DNA of 64,000 nt from Escherichia phage vB_EcoM_LMP25. Positions 1 to 9,219 of this stretch are shown here, one piece after another. The notes under the pieces were generated by a model. It did not search any database. It worked only from the letters and a program-made list of their open reading frames with translations, and was not told the origin of the DNA. The stretch is from sequence record MK482688.1; one strand, written 5' to 3'. Numbering within the stretch: position 1 is the first letter of the stretch; the number at the start of each line of letters is the position of its first letter. The position numbers were made by a program, and so were the translations under genes.

Positions 1-1
1 C

Positions 2-133
2 TATGCAGAAGGTATAATAGATGTTGTGCATGATGTTGAAAAAGCTTTAAAGCTTGTTATGCCACATTTAGAATCTGGAAAGCTGACTTTAGAGATGCTT
101 AATAGGGTTATTCGGAGAGCTTATGAAAATTAA
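2..133 (+). CDS. hypothetical protein, C-terminal fragment (5' end outside window)
   Basis: Frame open from window edge to TAA at 131-133; overlaps next gene start by 11 nt; no recognisable motif. Confidence 0.3.
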   Translation, partial: YAEGIIDVVHDVEKALKLVMPHLESGKLTLEMLNRVIRRAYEN

Positions 134-587
134 AGAAACAGTTCGAAAAGCAATGCTTGACAACTCAACTAAAGATGAAATGTACAAAGAAATTTGTGAT
201 AAGCTGAATTGCTCAAGACATGCTGCTAAGGTTCTTGTACATTGTTTTATCTGGGAATGCTCAGAAGCTTATATGCAATATGTAGCGTTTGAGAGTTCTC
301 ACTTACTAGGTGATGTAGAAGTTGGTGAGAAGCTAAAAGAACCTGAAGTGAAAACAGTCCCCAAAGTTGGTAATGTATACCGTCTTAAAGACTTCAAGAC
401 TGGAAAGATTGTTGCAAAAGGTGTAGTAGAATCTGTTTATCACGATGGTAAATACTTACTTAAAATATTTGAGTATGATAGCCACTACACACACTTATGT
501 GGGATTACATTCTTAGTAACAGAAGAAGACCTCATTAAGAACAACGGCAACAAGTTTGCAGTTCCAGCTTACCAAGTTTTACGATAA
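123..587 (+). CDS. hypothetical protein
   Basis: 154-aa ORF, ATG preceded by GGAG at 114-117. Confidence 0.5.
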   Translation: MKIKETVRKAMLDNSTKDEMYKEICDKLNCSRHAAKVLVHCFIWECSEAYMQYVAFESSHLLGDVEVGEKLKEPEVKTVPKVGNVYRLKDFKTGKIVAKGVVESVYHDGKYLLKIFEYDSHYTHLCGITFLVTEEDLIKNNGNKFAVPAYQVLR

Positions 588-600
588 TGGTGTGATAACT

Positions 601-1149
601 ATGGGAAAAGATAACTTAAAAGAAGTTGAAGGTAACTATCTAGTCCTTGACTGGAGTGATATTCGGGAAGCACTCTCCGAAGAAAATCTTGACTGGTTCG
701 AACAAATTATCTTTGCAGTACGGCATAACAGAGAAGTTGAAAATGGTAAAGAGCCGCTTGAAGGAATCTTTGTAGAAAGGTCTTATCCGTTCTATGAAGA
801 TACTTTGCAGAAAGTTAAGATGTACTTTAGACAGAAGAACCGTAAAGTGGTCACTATGGTATCTCTTGGTGGACAGAGTATGTCTGTGATGGAAGATATC
901 AACCCTAAGAGACCGAGTAAAGGTGTTTGTATAAAAATCACAGGTCACGAAGAGTATATCTCAGTGGATGACTTTAGAGCATTCTGTAGTGGTTCTTGTG
1001 TCTTTAATGGTTTTCACTATGATATCCGAGTGTACCCAATCAAGGGAGATGATATCATGATGCAGGTATTCGATAACAACAATGGATTTACTCATTTTTA
1101 TCAGACAACCAAGTCATCACTGAAGACAGTTCTGGAAACACTGATTTAA
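601..1149 (+). CDS. hypothetical protein
   Basis: ORF track 556..1149; ATG at 601 chosen because it avoids overlap with upstream gene; no motif recognised. Confidence 0.45.
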   Translation: MGKDNLKEVEGNYLVLDWSDIREALSEENLDWFEQIIFAVRHNREVENGKEPLEGIFVERSYPFYEDTLQKVKMYFRQKNRKVVTMVSLGGQSMSVMEDINPKRPSKGVCIKITGHEEYISVDDFRAFCSGSCVFNGFHYDIRVYPIKGDDIMMQVFDNNNGFTHFYQTTKSSLKTVLETLI

Positions 1150-1161
1150 AATATCTTAAGA

Positions 1162-1190
1162 GCCTCCTTAATTGGGGGCTTTTTAATTTT
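1162..1190 (+). terminator. rho-independent terminator
   Basis: GCCTCC-ttaatt-GGGGGC stem-loop (one G-U pair) followed by TTTTTAATTTTT. Confidence 0.5.
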
Positions 1191-1199
1191 TATAAAATT

Positions 1200-2732
1200 T
1201 TATCGGTTGTCCCAACCTCTGGGTCACCATCATATGTGAACAAAATATCTACCCTTCTTAACAACCTTCTTAAGCTTACTCTCTATATATAGTTATATAG
1301 TACTATATAGTATCTTAGTATCTATCTAGTGGTCTTAATAGCCCTCTGTATAACCCTTCTAACAAGCCCTCTAACAAGCCTTCTTAACAACCTATACAAT
1401 CACCTTAACCACCTCTCTATACCCTCTTAGAAGCTCCTATACACCTCTTAATCTCTAGGTTAGCTATGACACTCTCTATAGGTGTTCACTAGGTATTACT
1501 AAGCCTCTATATAGACTGTTTTAACAAACTTAACAGGAATATCTTCACAGACCTTATCTCACAAGGTCTAACACGGTACTAACAAGGTATCTTATAAGCC
1601 TGTTATTACCTGTATTTTAGAAAGGCTGTATAGGTAATTATTCAGAATCTTAAAATTTTTATAAAATAGGACTATCAAGTCATTTTTTAGGGTCTTTGAA
1701 GGAACTGAAAAATATCTGTAGAAGATGTATATCTGCTTGGTAGCCCTTAACAACTCCCTTACAAGTACTTTGCAAAATTTTAAATATCATTAACAATTCC
1801 TTAACAACTCTCTCAAGTTCTTAACATCTCTTCAGAGGTCTTAACAGATTCTTAACAGAACTAACAAGGTTGTAACAAGTTCTTAACAGTTGATACATAG
1901 GCTTTACAGAATCTTAACAGATGACTAACAAGAGCTAACAAGTTAATTTTTAAGAGTTATTTTGTTAAGATAATTAACAAGTTTCTAACAAGTGTTTAAT
2001 CTTTTTAACAAGCTATTAACATGGTCACTACTCTTTTCTTATCGTTCCCTTTCCCTCTTAGTGATTCTCTAAACATACCTCTTAAAAGCTCTCTATAGCT
2101 CTTTATAAGCTCTTTTAAGCCTCTTCCTAGTAATTACACCCCAACTGTACAGATACCTCTTTATAAGGCTTTACAGGGGCTTTAAAGGCTATGTCAAAGG
2201 TTCTTACAAGGCTTTTACGTTGTCTTAACAGAGATTTAACAAGGGGCTAACAAGTTGCTAACAAGCATAACTATGTAGGGATTGTTAAGAAATTGTTAAG
2301 AAAATGTTAAGGGGGCTAGCATTTACGTAACTTTTAAGCAACTTCAAAGTAACTTTATAGCCCCTATAACATACTTTTAAGACACTAACAAGCCCTTTTT
2401 AGATATTCACAAGATAGCTAACGAGATAATAAAGCTTATAACCTTATAAGATTCTTTTAAGCCTCTATAAAGCCCTGTAAAGAGCTTTTTAAGGTTGGTT
2501 AATGCAATCCCTTAAGTTAGGTTGATAAGGCTGTTATAGAGCTTTATAGAGCATTTAAATGGGCCATCCCCTTTCTGGGGTTATTGGCTTTTATTTAAGT
2601 TGATTTGATAAAAGGTTATAGAGTAGACTATAGAGTTATTGCTTTTTAAGGTATGAGATAGATTCTATCGAATTAGTGGGATAGATTCTAGGAAGGAAAG
2701 GGAAAGGGTTGTATAGAGGCTATTACATAGAC
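1200..2732. repeat. ORF-free, G-depleted (on + strand) region dense in degenerate short words (CTTAACAAG, CTCTATA, CTTTTAAG) in both orientations
   Basis: No ORF of 60 aa or more on either strand over about 1.5 kb between convergent terminators; words counted by eye. Confidence 0.6.
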
Positions 2733-2787
2733 GTAAAAAAGCCCCTATGAGAAGGAGCTTTTCAGGTATCTGGGGCTATTTAGCCCC
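2733..2787 (-). terminator. tandem stem-loops ending the - strand early array
   Basis: On - strand GCTCCT-tctcat-AGGGGC followed by TTTTTT (plus 2735-2758), and GGGGCTAAATAGCCCC at 2772-2787. Confidence 0.45.
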
Positions 2788-2797
2788 GTTGCGTCGA

Positions 2798-3046
2798 TTA
2801 GTTGTAACCTTGTTTGCTGTAGTATAGGGAGACGATTTTTTCTCCCCAGTAGTGGTAGTGATATTCCTCGTTTATGGCTTCTTTTACAGCGTCCTTCCAA
2901 AAGTCATCGGTAGGGTTATAATCTGGTAGCACCTGCTGAATCAGCATTTTGATAAGGTCAAAGGTGTTATCTGTTCCACCGATATCGAATTTTGCATCAA
3001 GTTCGTGGCAGCCATAAGCATTAACAGTTACGCGGATAGTTGACAT
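2798..3046 (-). CDS. hypothetical small early protein
   Basis: 82 aa, ATG verified, preceded by F1 cassette with GGAG. Confidence 0.55.
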   Translation of the reverse strand: MSTIRVTVNAYGCHELDAKFDIGGTDNTFDLIKMLIQQVLPDYNPTDDFWKDAVKEAINEEYHYHYWGEKIVSLYYSKQGYN

Positions 3047-3112
3047 AATTTAGATTCTCCAGTTTAGGACTTTACTTAGTGGGGGGGAGGTCATCCCCCG
3101 TTGATTAGTAAT
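3047..3112 (-). promoter_or_regulatory. F1 intergenic cassette (TAAATT -10-like, GC stem-loop, conserved leader with GGAG)
   Basis: About 66 bp conserved block, one of 7 F1 copies; read on - strand. Confidence 0.5.
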
Positions 3113-3376
3113 TTACTGCATATTGGCGTATGTTGCAAGCCTTTTTTCGTTGTATTTTGTAAGAATCTCACAAGATACAACATCATACTTTGTAACAGCG
3201 TTGCCTTTATCGAGGTCAAAAAAGCCAAACGCTTTACCATCTTTGAATCCGACAACTTCGTAAGATTCTTTGATGATTTCACCATTGAACAAATCACTTT
3301 CGATACGGTGAAATAATGCTACATCTTCTTTGTCGGTTGCAATTTGTAAAAGTGTGGTTAATTCTACGTTTTCCAT
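3113..3376 (-). CDS. hypothetical small early protein
   Basis: 87 aa, ATG verified, F1 cassette upstream. Confidence 0.55.
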   Translation of the reverse strand: MENVELTTLLQIATDKEDVALFHRIESDLFNGEIIKESYEVVGFKDGKAFGFFDLDKGNAVTKYDVVSCEILTKYNEKRLATYANMQ

Positions 3377-3442
3377 CTTGATAACTCCAGTTTAGGATTT
3401 TATTTAGTGGGGAAGGTCATTCCCTCCCCGTTGATTGACAAT
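3377..3442 (-). promoter_or_regulatory. F1 intergenic cassette
   Basis: ctgTAAATTgtcaatcaacGGGGAGGGaatgaCCTTCCCCactaaataaagtcctaaactGGAGattcaaaATG on - strand. Confidence 0.5.
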
Positions 3443-3973
3443 TTACAGACTTTTGATTGTCTCGTCAATATCTTTTTCAATGTCTTTTAAAGTTTTTTCT
3501 AAGTTCTTGATATTAAAGGATAAACCTTCACCAAGAGTCTTAGAGTAACCACTAGGACGTAAATTATACAGCTTAATTTCTTCCACTTTAAAGAGACTAA
3601 CTAACTCACCGTTTACATCATAAGCCATTGAAACAGTATTTGCAGGTGCATTGTAAAACTTGTTTAAGGACTTGATAGAGCGTTCATAAGCCATTTTATA
3701 ACCGTTTAAAAGGCTTTTAACGTGGTTGTGAACGTTTTTACACTCATCTAAGTAAATCTCTAAGAATAACGGTAATAATTCCGCTACAGCTTGCATAAAG
3801 TGAGAGACTACAACGGTTGAAACATTACGACGATGAACGTAATAAGCCCCGTTTTCTGATTTGGTGATTGTTGCGAAATGTACCCCATTACAACGGAATT
3901 CGTATGTATCTTTTACAGGCTTAGACATTACAGCATTTGAACGAATGAAGTTGATAGCTTGAAATTTGTTCAT
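3443..3973 (-). CDS. hypothetical early protein
   Basis: 176 aa, ATG verified. Confidence 0.55.
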   Translation of the reverse strand: MNKFQAINFIRSNAVMSKPVKDTYEFRCNGVHFATITKSENGAYYVHRRNVSTVVVSHFMQAVAELLPLFLEIYLDECKNVHNHVKSLLNGYKMAYERSIKSLNKFYNAPANTVSMAYDVNGELVSLFKVEEIKLYNLRPSGYSKTLGEGLSFNIKNLEKTLKDIEKDIDETIKSL

Positions 3974-4045
3974 TTTAGAATCTCCAGTTTAGGACTTTAT
4001 TTAGTGGGGAGGTTATTGCCTTCCCGTTGATTAGTAATTTACTTG
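3974..4045 (-). promoter_or_regulatory. F1 intergenic cassette (variant stem)
   Basis: Conserved block with variant stem GGGAGG..CCTTCCC; followed by an extra 150 bp AT-rich spacer to 4193. Confidence 0.45.
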
Positions 4046-4193
4046 TTTTGATAGTTGATTGCAAGTAATTTTTTGAGCTTATCTATAAAGAATCTTTTAA
4101 GTGAATCCCTTTTAGATAACCCCCTCGAACAAAGTTACCAATGTCAATGGGTATTGTCAACACTTTTTTAAAAGTTTTTTTGTAAGTTATTGA

Positions 4194-4535
4194 TTAACTG
4201 ATGAATATTTTTTCAGGTTTTACATAGCTGATACGCTGACTTTTTAGCAGGTCATCCCAGATTAACGCGGCGATATGGGCATAACCGGATTCACGTAAAA
4301 GTTTCATTGTTTTACTTCTCGTTTCAAAACGGCTTGCATAGTACTCACTATTCAGCGTCGTTTTATTCCCTTCGTTGTCTACATGGATAATCTGCATCAC
4401 TTGAAAGGGGCTTGTGTCCTCGCCTTTGTTCCACTGTTCAAAGTATTTTAGGCACTGCATAGGTGACATCTTATCACTAACCTGAGTTGACCAAGATGCG
4501 CCAGCTTTATCGGTAATTACGGTTACATAAGCCAT
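4194..4535 (-). CDS. hypothetical early protein
   Basis: 113 aa, ATG verified. Confidence 0.55.
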   Translation of the reverse strand: MAYVTVITDKAGASWSTQVSDKMSPMQCLKYFEQWNKGEDTSPFQVMQIIHVDNEGNKTTLNSEYYASRFETRSKTMKLLRESGYAHIAALIWDDLLKSQRISYVKPEKIFIS

Positions 4536-4612
4536 TTTTTGAATCTCCTAGTTTAAGGACTTTATTTAGTGGGGAAGGTCATTCCCTCCCCGTTGATTGA
4601 CAATTTACAGAT
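4536..4612 (-). promoter_or_regulatory. F1 intergenic cassette
   Basis: Near-identical to copy at 3377-3442. Confidence 0.5.
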
Positions 4613-4627
4613 TTTTATCAGGCTTGT

Positions 4628-4861
4628 CTAGTCTTTTTCAATGATAATTTCATACTGACCGTCAACACTGTCGAAATAGATTCCGTCGTCATCTTCTGTC
4701 TTAAAGTAACATTGTATATCATCACTAGCGGGATAGTCTTTCCTTGCTATCTGGCAAACTTGAATAGCATTTTCTTTACTTCCTGTAAACTCTTCAAGCC
4801 CTTTAAAGTCACATGAATGGCCATTACAAATTGAGAGGATGAGATAAACGGTTGTAAGCAT
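4628..4861 (-). CDS. hypothetical small protein with N-terminal hydrophobic segment
   Basis: 77 aa, MLTTVYLILSICNG hydrophobic N-terminus, acidic C-terminus. Confidence 0.5.
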   Translation of the reverse strand: MLTTVYLILSICNGHSCDFKGLEEFTGSKENAIQVCQIARKDYPASDDIQCYFKTEDDDGIYFDSVDGQYEIIIEKD

Positions 4862-4927
4862 GATTTAAGCCCTCTAAAAGCCCCTACAAGGGGCTGATTA
4901 GTGTTTATAAGGTGATTGCATAGGTTT

Positions 4928-5470
4928 TTAGAAAAAGCTCTTTAAATCCTCTTCTGCAATGTTTCCTGTCAGTGTATCCATGATGTCACAAAAAACATGA
5001 ATACTGTCCGACTGTTGTACACTTTTAGCAAGAAGCTCCAGAGACTCGTCAAGATAGTTTAAATTTGGGTTATCCAATGAAGGAAGACAAAAAGGCGAAA
5101 ACATCGCATTAAACTCTGTTGTATAGACCTTTTTAATCCAATTTACATCAAAGTACTCTGTAAAACTTGCTACACTCGACATATTATCACAAGAATAATC
5201 ATCATTTAGCTCATCCTCTGGAATATCGAGTTCTAAGATAACAATATTTTGAGTCTTCATCTGAAAAGCTGCGGTGATAGTGGCATTGCCTAGAGCTTGC
5301 TGAATGCCCTCTGATGCTATTTCTTCCTCATCGTCGCCATAGATTTTATTTTCTGGATACACGTAAAAATTGCCGTCCATATCCGAACAATTCCATGCGC
5401 CTGATGGTTTATCACCGTTATTAATCAGGTTGAGGAAATTTTCTTGAGTAGTTCCGTGATAGCATTTCAT
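4928..5470 (-). CDS. hypothetical early protein (acidic)
   Basis: 180 aa, ATG verified. Confidence 0.55.
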   Translation of the reverse strand: MKCYHGTTQENFLNLINNGDKPSGAWNCSDMDGNFYVYPENKIYGDDEEEIASEGIQQALGNATITAAFQMKTQNIVILELDIPEDELNDDYSCDNMSSVASFTEYFDVNWIKKVYTTEFNAMFSPFCLPSLDNPNLNYLDESLELLAKSVQQSDSIHVFCDIMDTLTGNIAEEDLKSFF

Positions 5471-5557
5471 TTTTGAATCTCCTAGTTTAAGGATTTAGTG
5501 GTAAAGCTCTTTATCTGGGGCTTACTTTATCGAACTATAAGCCCCTTGTAAAGTACT
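5471..5557 (-). promoter_or_regulatory. F2 intergenic cassette (TAAAGT including upstream stop codon, GGGGCTTA..TAAGCCCC stem-loop, conserved leader with GGAG)
   Basis: One of 6 F2 copies; 8 bp perfect inverted repeat. Confidence 0.5.
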
Positions 5558-5806
5558 TTATTTAACTTTCTTTGAGAAAATTAGTTTAACTGCAACCGTA
5601 GGAACCTCGTCAGCGATTGTAACCAGCATCACTTTTTGAGTAACCAACCTATAGCCGTTCTTTGCAGCGTATGCGGTGAAACGGTTAACATTGTAACTAT
5701 AAGTTTTTGCCGTGTTATCTGGCATGTGGTAAATGAAAGGTTTACCCAAATTTTCTTCTTGTGTCAATAATCTACAGGTATCGGGAATGTTAAAGTAGTT
5801 CATCAT
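5558..5806 (-). CDS. hypothetical small early protein
   Basis: 82 aa, ATG verified. Confidence 0.55.
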   Translation of the reverse strand: MMNYFNIPDTCRLLTQEENLGKPFIYHMPDNTAKTYSYNVNRFTAYAAKNGYRLVTQKVMLVTIADEVPTVAVKLIFSKKVK

Positions 5807-5892
5807 TTTTAGAATCTCCAGTTTAGGATTTAGTGGTAAAGCTCTTTATCTGAGGCTTAAGTTATCAACTTTTAAGCCCCTTGTAAAGTACT
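5807..5892 (-). promoter_or_regulatory. F2 intergenic cassette
   Basis: Variant stem GAGGCTTAAG..AAGCCCC. Confidence 0.45.
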
Positions 5893-6096
5893 TTATTTGT
5901 TATTTTTGACAACTTTTAAAACTGCAAGATAGCCTAAGCAATAAGAATCACCGAAGAGAGTCCTACCCATGAAAGAATCCTCTTTGATATCCTTTGCAGT
6001 GACAGTTTTTTCTACGCCGTGGGAAAGGACTATATCACCAACTTTGATATCTTTGATGTGTGTAGTTTCAATGGTTAAACCATTAATAATAGCCAT
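5893..6096 (-). CDS. hypothetical small early protein
   Basis: 67 aa, ATG verified. Confidence 0.5.
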   Translation of the reverse strand: MAIINGLTIETTHIKDIKVGDIVLSHGVEKTVTAKDIKEDSFMGRTLFGDSYCLGYLAVLKVVKNNK

Positions 6097-6197
6097 TTTT
6101 GAATCTCCAGTTTAGGACTTTATTTAGTGGGGAAGGTCATTCCCTCCCCGTTGATGTGTAATTTAATCTATCTAAAAACCAGTGTCAACAAAATTTT
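6097..6197 (-). promoter_or_regulatory. F1 cassette with complete sigma70-like promoter
   Basis: On - strand TTGACA (6188-6183), 17 nt spacer, TAAATT (6165-6160), then F1 stem-loop and leader. Confidence 0.5.
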
Positions 6198-6602
6198 TTA
6201 GAGTTCTGCATAAATTGCATCACAGATATCGCGGAAGTCATGATTAGTCAAATTACGCTGCAACCAAGTGGCGAAAAAGTCAGCGATTGCAAAGTTAGCA
6301 TCATACTCGACAGATAGCCACACTTTAACAGCAAATCGGAACATTTTCAAATCTAACTCTTTATTCATTACCTTAGATTTGCCTAACATGTCGGACATTT
6401 CATATTGCGCACCGTCTAGTGTGATACCTGCTGCAACGTCAGCCAATGAATTTTTTACGCTTTCAACGTCTAAGATAACACTTTGAATCTTCCCAATAAT
6501 GTTTTGCAGTGTTTCATCTGGTGCTGATGACGTGATAACATTAATCCGGTTAACGGTCAAACGTGCTTTTAAAATTGATAATTCACGGTTATTAATAGCC
6601 AT
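6198..6602 (-). CDS. hypothetical early protein
   Basis: ORF track start 6617 is TTG; ATG at 6602 (MAINN) follows GGAG of cassette. Confidence 0.5.
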   Translation of the reverse strand: MAINNRELSILKARLTVNRINVITSSAPDETLQNIIGKIQSVILDVESVKNSLADVAAGITLDGAQYEMSDMLGKSKVMNKELDLKMFRFAVKVWLSVEYDANFAIADFFATWLQRNLTNHDFRDICDAIYAEL

Positions 6603-6688
6603 TTTTAAGTTCTCCAATTTAGGATTTAGTGGTAAAGCTCTTTATCTGGGGCTTACTTTATCGAACTATAAGCCCCTTGTAAAGTACT
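6603..6688 (-). promoter_or_regulatory. F2 intergenic cassette
   Basis: Near-identical to copy at 5471-5557. Confidence 0.5.
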
Positions 6689-6961
6689 TTACATTAAATG
6701 CAGTTTTTTGCCTTTTACTATAATGTAACTCGATGCGCTATTGCTTTGCACATCTTGATAAATTCTGCGCAAACGGCCTTCATAGTGTACTTTCCAGCTA
6801 GTTGGAATCTTTTTCCCGTATCCGGTAGCAGTTTTTTGGAGTCCTGCTACTTGCCAATCTAAGATGTGTTGCTCAGCTTGTAAATCATCAAAGCACATTA
6901 CACCATCAACATAGTGACGTAGAGTGACATTTAAAGTACGACCGTTGTTAGTAGTATACAT
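6689..6961 (-). CDS. hypothetical small early protein
   Basis: 90 aa, ATG verified. Confidence 0.55.
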   Translation of the reverse strand: MYTTNNGRTLNVTLRHYVDGVMCFDDLQAEQHILDWQVAGLQKTATGYGKKIPTSWKVHYEGRLRRIYQDVQSNSASSYIIVKGKKLHLM

Positions 6962-7050
6962 TTTTGAATCTCCTAGTTTAAGGACTTTATTTAGTAGGGA
7001 GGTTATTACCTCCCCGTTGATGTGTAATTTAATCTATCTAAAAATCAGTG
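6962..7050 (-). promoter_or_regulatory. F1 cassette (variant) with sigma70-like promoter
   Basis: TTGACA (7054-7049, overlapping upstream stop), 17 nt spacer, TAAATT (7031-7026). Confidence 0.5.
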
Positions 7051-7383
7051 TCAACAGTTTTGTTTTCGTTTGCTCAATTCTTGAACAATTACAGCGTGAT
7101 AATCTTTTAAGTCACTAATATTTAAAGCATTTATCAGAGAATTATAATCATCGACTAATTGAAAATTATCTTTGAAAATGTCACTGATTTGATAAGTTCT
7201 CGCCCTGAATCTAAAGCTCATTTCTAGCCGTTTTAATTGTTCATCACTTAAACGCTCTAGAAAGCTCATTACAAGGTTATTATTAACCTGTTGTGTGATT
7301 GCCTTACTTGCCAGATTATAGGCTTTATATGCCTTATATAGCGCGAAAATGGCAATGATTGCAGTGATACCAGTCATTAACAT
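7051..7383 (-). CDS. hypothetical membrane protein
   Basis: 110 aa; N-terminal hydrophobic helix ITAIIAIFALY; overlaps upstream gene. Confidence 0.5.
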   Translation of the reverse strand: MLMTGITAIIAIFALYKAYKAYNLASKAITQQVNNNLVMSFLERLSDEQLKRLEMSFRFRARTYQISDIFKDNFQLVDDYNSLINALNISDLKDYHAVIVQELSKRKQNC

Positions 7384-7673
7384 GGTGTTTCCTCTTTACG
7401 TGATACTTTGCCATTTACAGTTATCTCATAGGATTCTAATAAATCGCTTTTAGACTTTACAGGACTTTTAAAAGTATCATCATAAATATTGACTTGCAAT
7501 ACAGGTTTTTTATACTCCCTGCAACTGTTCCATAAGCAAATCACTACACGACGGCCTTTGATTTTTCCGTGTAACCATTCCATAACATCATGACTATTCC
7601 TTGATGTTTCAATGAAATCAATTTTATTAAGTAACTTGCTTAAATTTTCACGGACTTTATTTGATAATTTCAT
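7377..7673 (-). CDS. hypothetical small early protein
   Basis: 98 aa, ATG verified. Confidence 0.5.
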   Translation of the reverse strand: MKLSNKVRENLSKLLNKIDFIETSRNSHDVMEWLHGKIKGRRVVICLWNSCREYKKPVLQVNIYDDTFKSPVKSKSDLLESYEITVNGKVSRKEETPC

Positions 7674-7765
7674 TTTAGAATCTCCTAGTTTAAGGGTTGA
7701 TTTGAATAAAGCTCTTTATCTGGGGCTATCTTATCAGTCTGGTAACCCCGTGTAAAGAAATCTAT
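7674..7765 (-). promoter_or_regulatory. F2 intergenic cassette (divergent variant)
   Basis: Shares ctttatctggggc core; stem GGGGCTAtc..GGTAACCCC. Confidence 0.4.
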
Positions 7766-8278
7766 TTAGTTCTTAAAGATATTCATCACTGAGTCTTTCA
7801 ACGATTCCAAACGTTCTAATACTTCAGATTCTGCGTCTGCGTTGTTCACCTCTTCTTTTAGTCTATCCTCTAAATCATCGCCGTCACGATAGCACCAATC
7901 GAAAGCATAACCAATATAAAAACTCTCTAAAACCGTGCTACCGTTTGCATCTACAACTTTCGCGGCGATGTTATATTCTGAAGCCTCTAAATCTCTTTCT
8001 AGTTCTTTCTGTAAGCTGATGTAAGCCTCTTTTGATGGGTTTTCCCGGCCTTGTTTTGCATAGTCACTTGAAAGCTGTTTAAGGCTGTAATGTAAAGGGA
8101 TTGCATATTTAAATTCATTACGCTGACAGCTAGGATTTTTAATCGTCACACCGCCTTGATGGTCATCTGTAAATTCCCAATTATCAAGATTATGGCTTGC
8201 TTCAAAGCAATTAACTGCTTCGTAAATGATGGAAAATTTTTCTTTTACAACTTCAAAGGTAGCGTCTACAGTTTTCAT
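7766..8278 (-). CDS. hypothetical early protein (acidic)
   Basis: 170 aa, ATG verified. Confidence 0.55.
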   Translation of the reverse strand: MKTVDATFEVVKEKFSIIYEAVNCFEASHNLDNWEFTDDHQGGVTIKNPSCQRNEFKYAIPLHYSLKQLSSDYAKQGRENPSKEAYISLQKELERDLEASEYNIAAKVVDANGSTVLESFYIGYAFDWCYRDGDDLEDRLKEEVNNADAESEVLERLESLKDSVMNIFKN

Positions 8279-8363
8279 TTTTGAATCTCCAGTTTAGGAT
8301 TTAGTGGTAAAGCTCTTTATCTGGGGCTTAAGATATCAGCTTTTAAGCCCCCTGTAAAGTACT
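8279..8363 (-). promoter_or_regulatory. F2 intergenic cassette
   Basis: Conserved block. Confidence 0.5.
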
Positions 8364-8657
8364 TTATTTGTTAATTTTCAGCTTTGCATAACTTCTCATT
8401 GTACGAATGGGGGATGTTAATGCTACGCGTCTAATGTATGCCTTTTTCGTGTATACATTTGTCTTCCCGATAGTGTTTACACATGTAAAAAGGTTTATCG
8501 GTGAATTTTTTAACTTCAACTGTTTATCAACCTTCACGCCCCACCTTACAGCAGATTGTTTTCCGTTGTCAACCACTTTCCCGCATAACTTTTTAGCCAT
8601 AACGCGAGCGTCATCACGAGTCTTTGCAGTAATTACAACGTTTTTGATAATAGCCAT
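8364..8657 (-). CDS. hypothetical small basic early protein
   Basis: ORF track start 8672 is TTG inside the cassette; ATG at 8657 (MAIIKN). Confidence 0.5.
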   Translation of the reverse strand: MAIIKNVVITAKTRDDARVMAKKLCGKVVDNGKQSAVRWGVKVDKQLKLKNSPINLFTCVNTIGKTNVYTKKAYIRRVALTSPIRTMRSYAKLKINK

Positions 8658-8743
8658 TTTTAAGTTCTCCAATTTAGGATTGAGTGGTAAAGCTCTTTAT
8701 CTGGGGCTTACTTTATCGAACTATAAGCCCCTTGTAAAGTACT
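8658..8743 (-). promoter_or_regulatory. F2 intergenic cassette
   Basis: Conserved block. Confidence 0.5.
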
Positions 8744-9127
8744 TTATTTGTTAATTTTGAAGATAGTTACATAACCATCGCTGCCGATGATTTGTGATGC
8801 TCCAGCTTTTTCTACTTGATAGCCCATATTTTCAAGATGGTAAACAGCATCATCATAACCATATGCGCCGCCCTGATAACGTCTCTTATCACATCTTACT
8901 AATACCTTTCCACGTCCTGCCAGTGCATTTAGTACGGCTTTTTCACTTGAAAGTGTACCATCTAACATGGTTGCCGTGTAATGGTTGATTCTATTCCCGT
9001 TTACATCATACTTAAAATTGAATGCGTGAACAACGATAATGTTACCTTTAAAATTCTCATCAAGTGACTTCTCCAGTGCGTTGCGAAAGTTGTCTTTGTT
9101 GATGAATTTAGGTGCACGATATGCCAT
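8744..9127 (-). CDS. hypothetical early protein, first gene of array
   Basis: 127 aa, ATG verified. Confidence 0.55.
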   Translation of the reverse strand: MAYRAPKFINKDNFRNALEKSLDENFKGNIIVVHAFNFKYDVNGNRINHYTATMLDGTLSSEKAVLNALAGRGKVLVRCDKRRYQGGAYGYDDAVYHLENMGYQVEKAGASQIIGSDGYVTIFKINK

Positions 9128-9190
9128 TTTTGAATCTCCAGTTTAGGACTTTATTTAGTGGGGAAGGTCATTCCCTCCCCGTTGATGCAA
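9128..9190 (-). promoter_or_regulatory. F1 intergenic cassette
   Basis: Conserved block upstream of first array gene. Confidence 0.5.
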
Positions 9191-9219
9191 ATACTAGATA
9201 ACCACGTTCAAAGAGTCAA
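9191..9219 (-). promoter_or_regulatory. sigma70-like promoter for early array
   Basis: On - strand TTGACT (9219-9214), 17 nt spacer, TAGTAT (9196-9191). Confidence 0.4.

Noticed and set aside
1200-2732. tRNA genes in the ORF-free regions (also 44880-46660)
   Set aside because: No T-loop-like GGTTCGAATCC/GTTCAAATC motif or obvious cloverleaf was seen by eye. This cannot be fully excluded without tRNAscan-SE or Infernal.
6268-8754. + strand ORFs 6268..6486, 6499..6723 and 8407..8754 sharing the peptide IAIFKFSNLG.SGKALYLGLTLSNYKPLVKYF
   Set aside because: The shared peptide is the F2 intergenic cassette read on the wrong strand; they are antisense to the - strand early genes.
2798-9190. CRISPR-like reading of the regularly spaced F1/F2 repeats
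   Set aside because: The repeats are 65-90 bp, belong to two families, and are separated by 200-550 bp protein-coding ORFs, each with SD and ATG; no cas genes are present.
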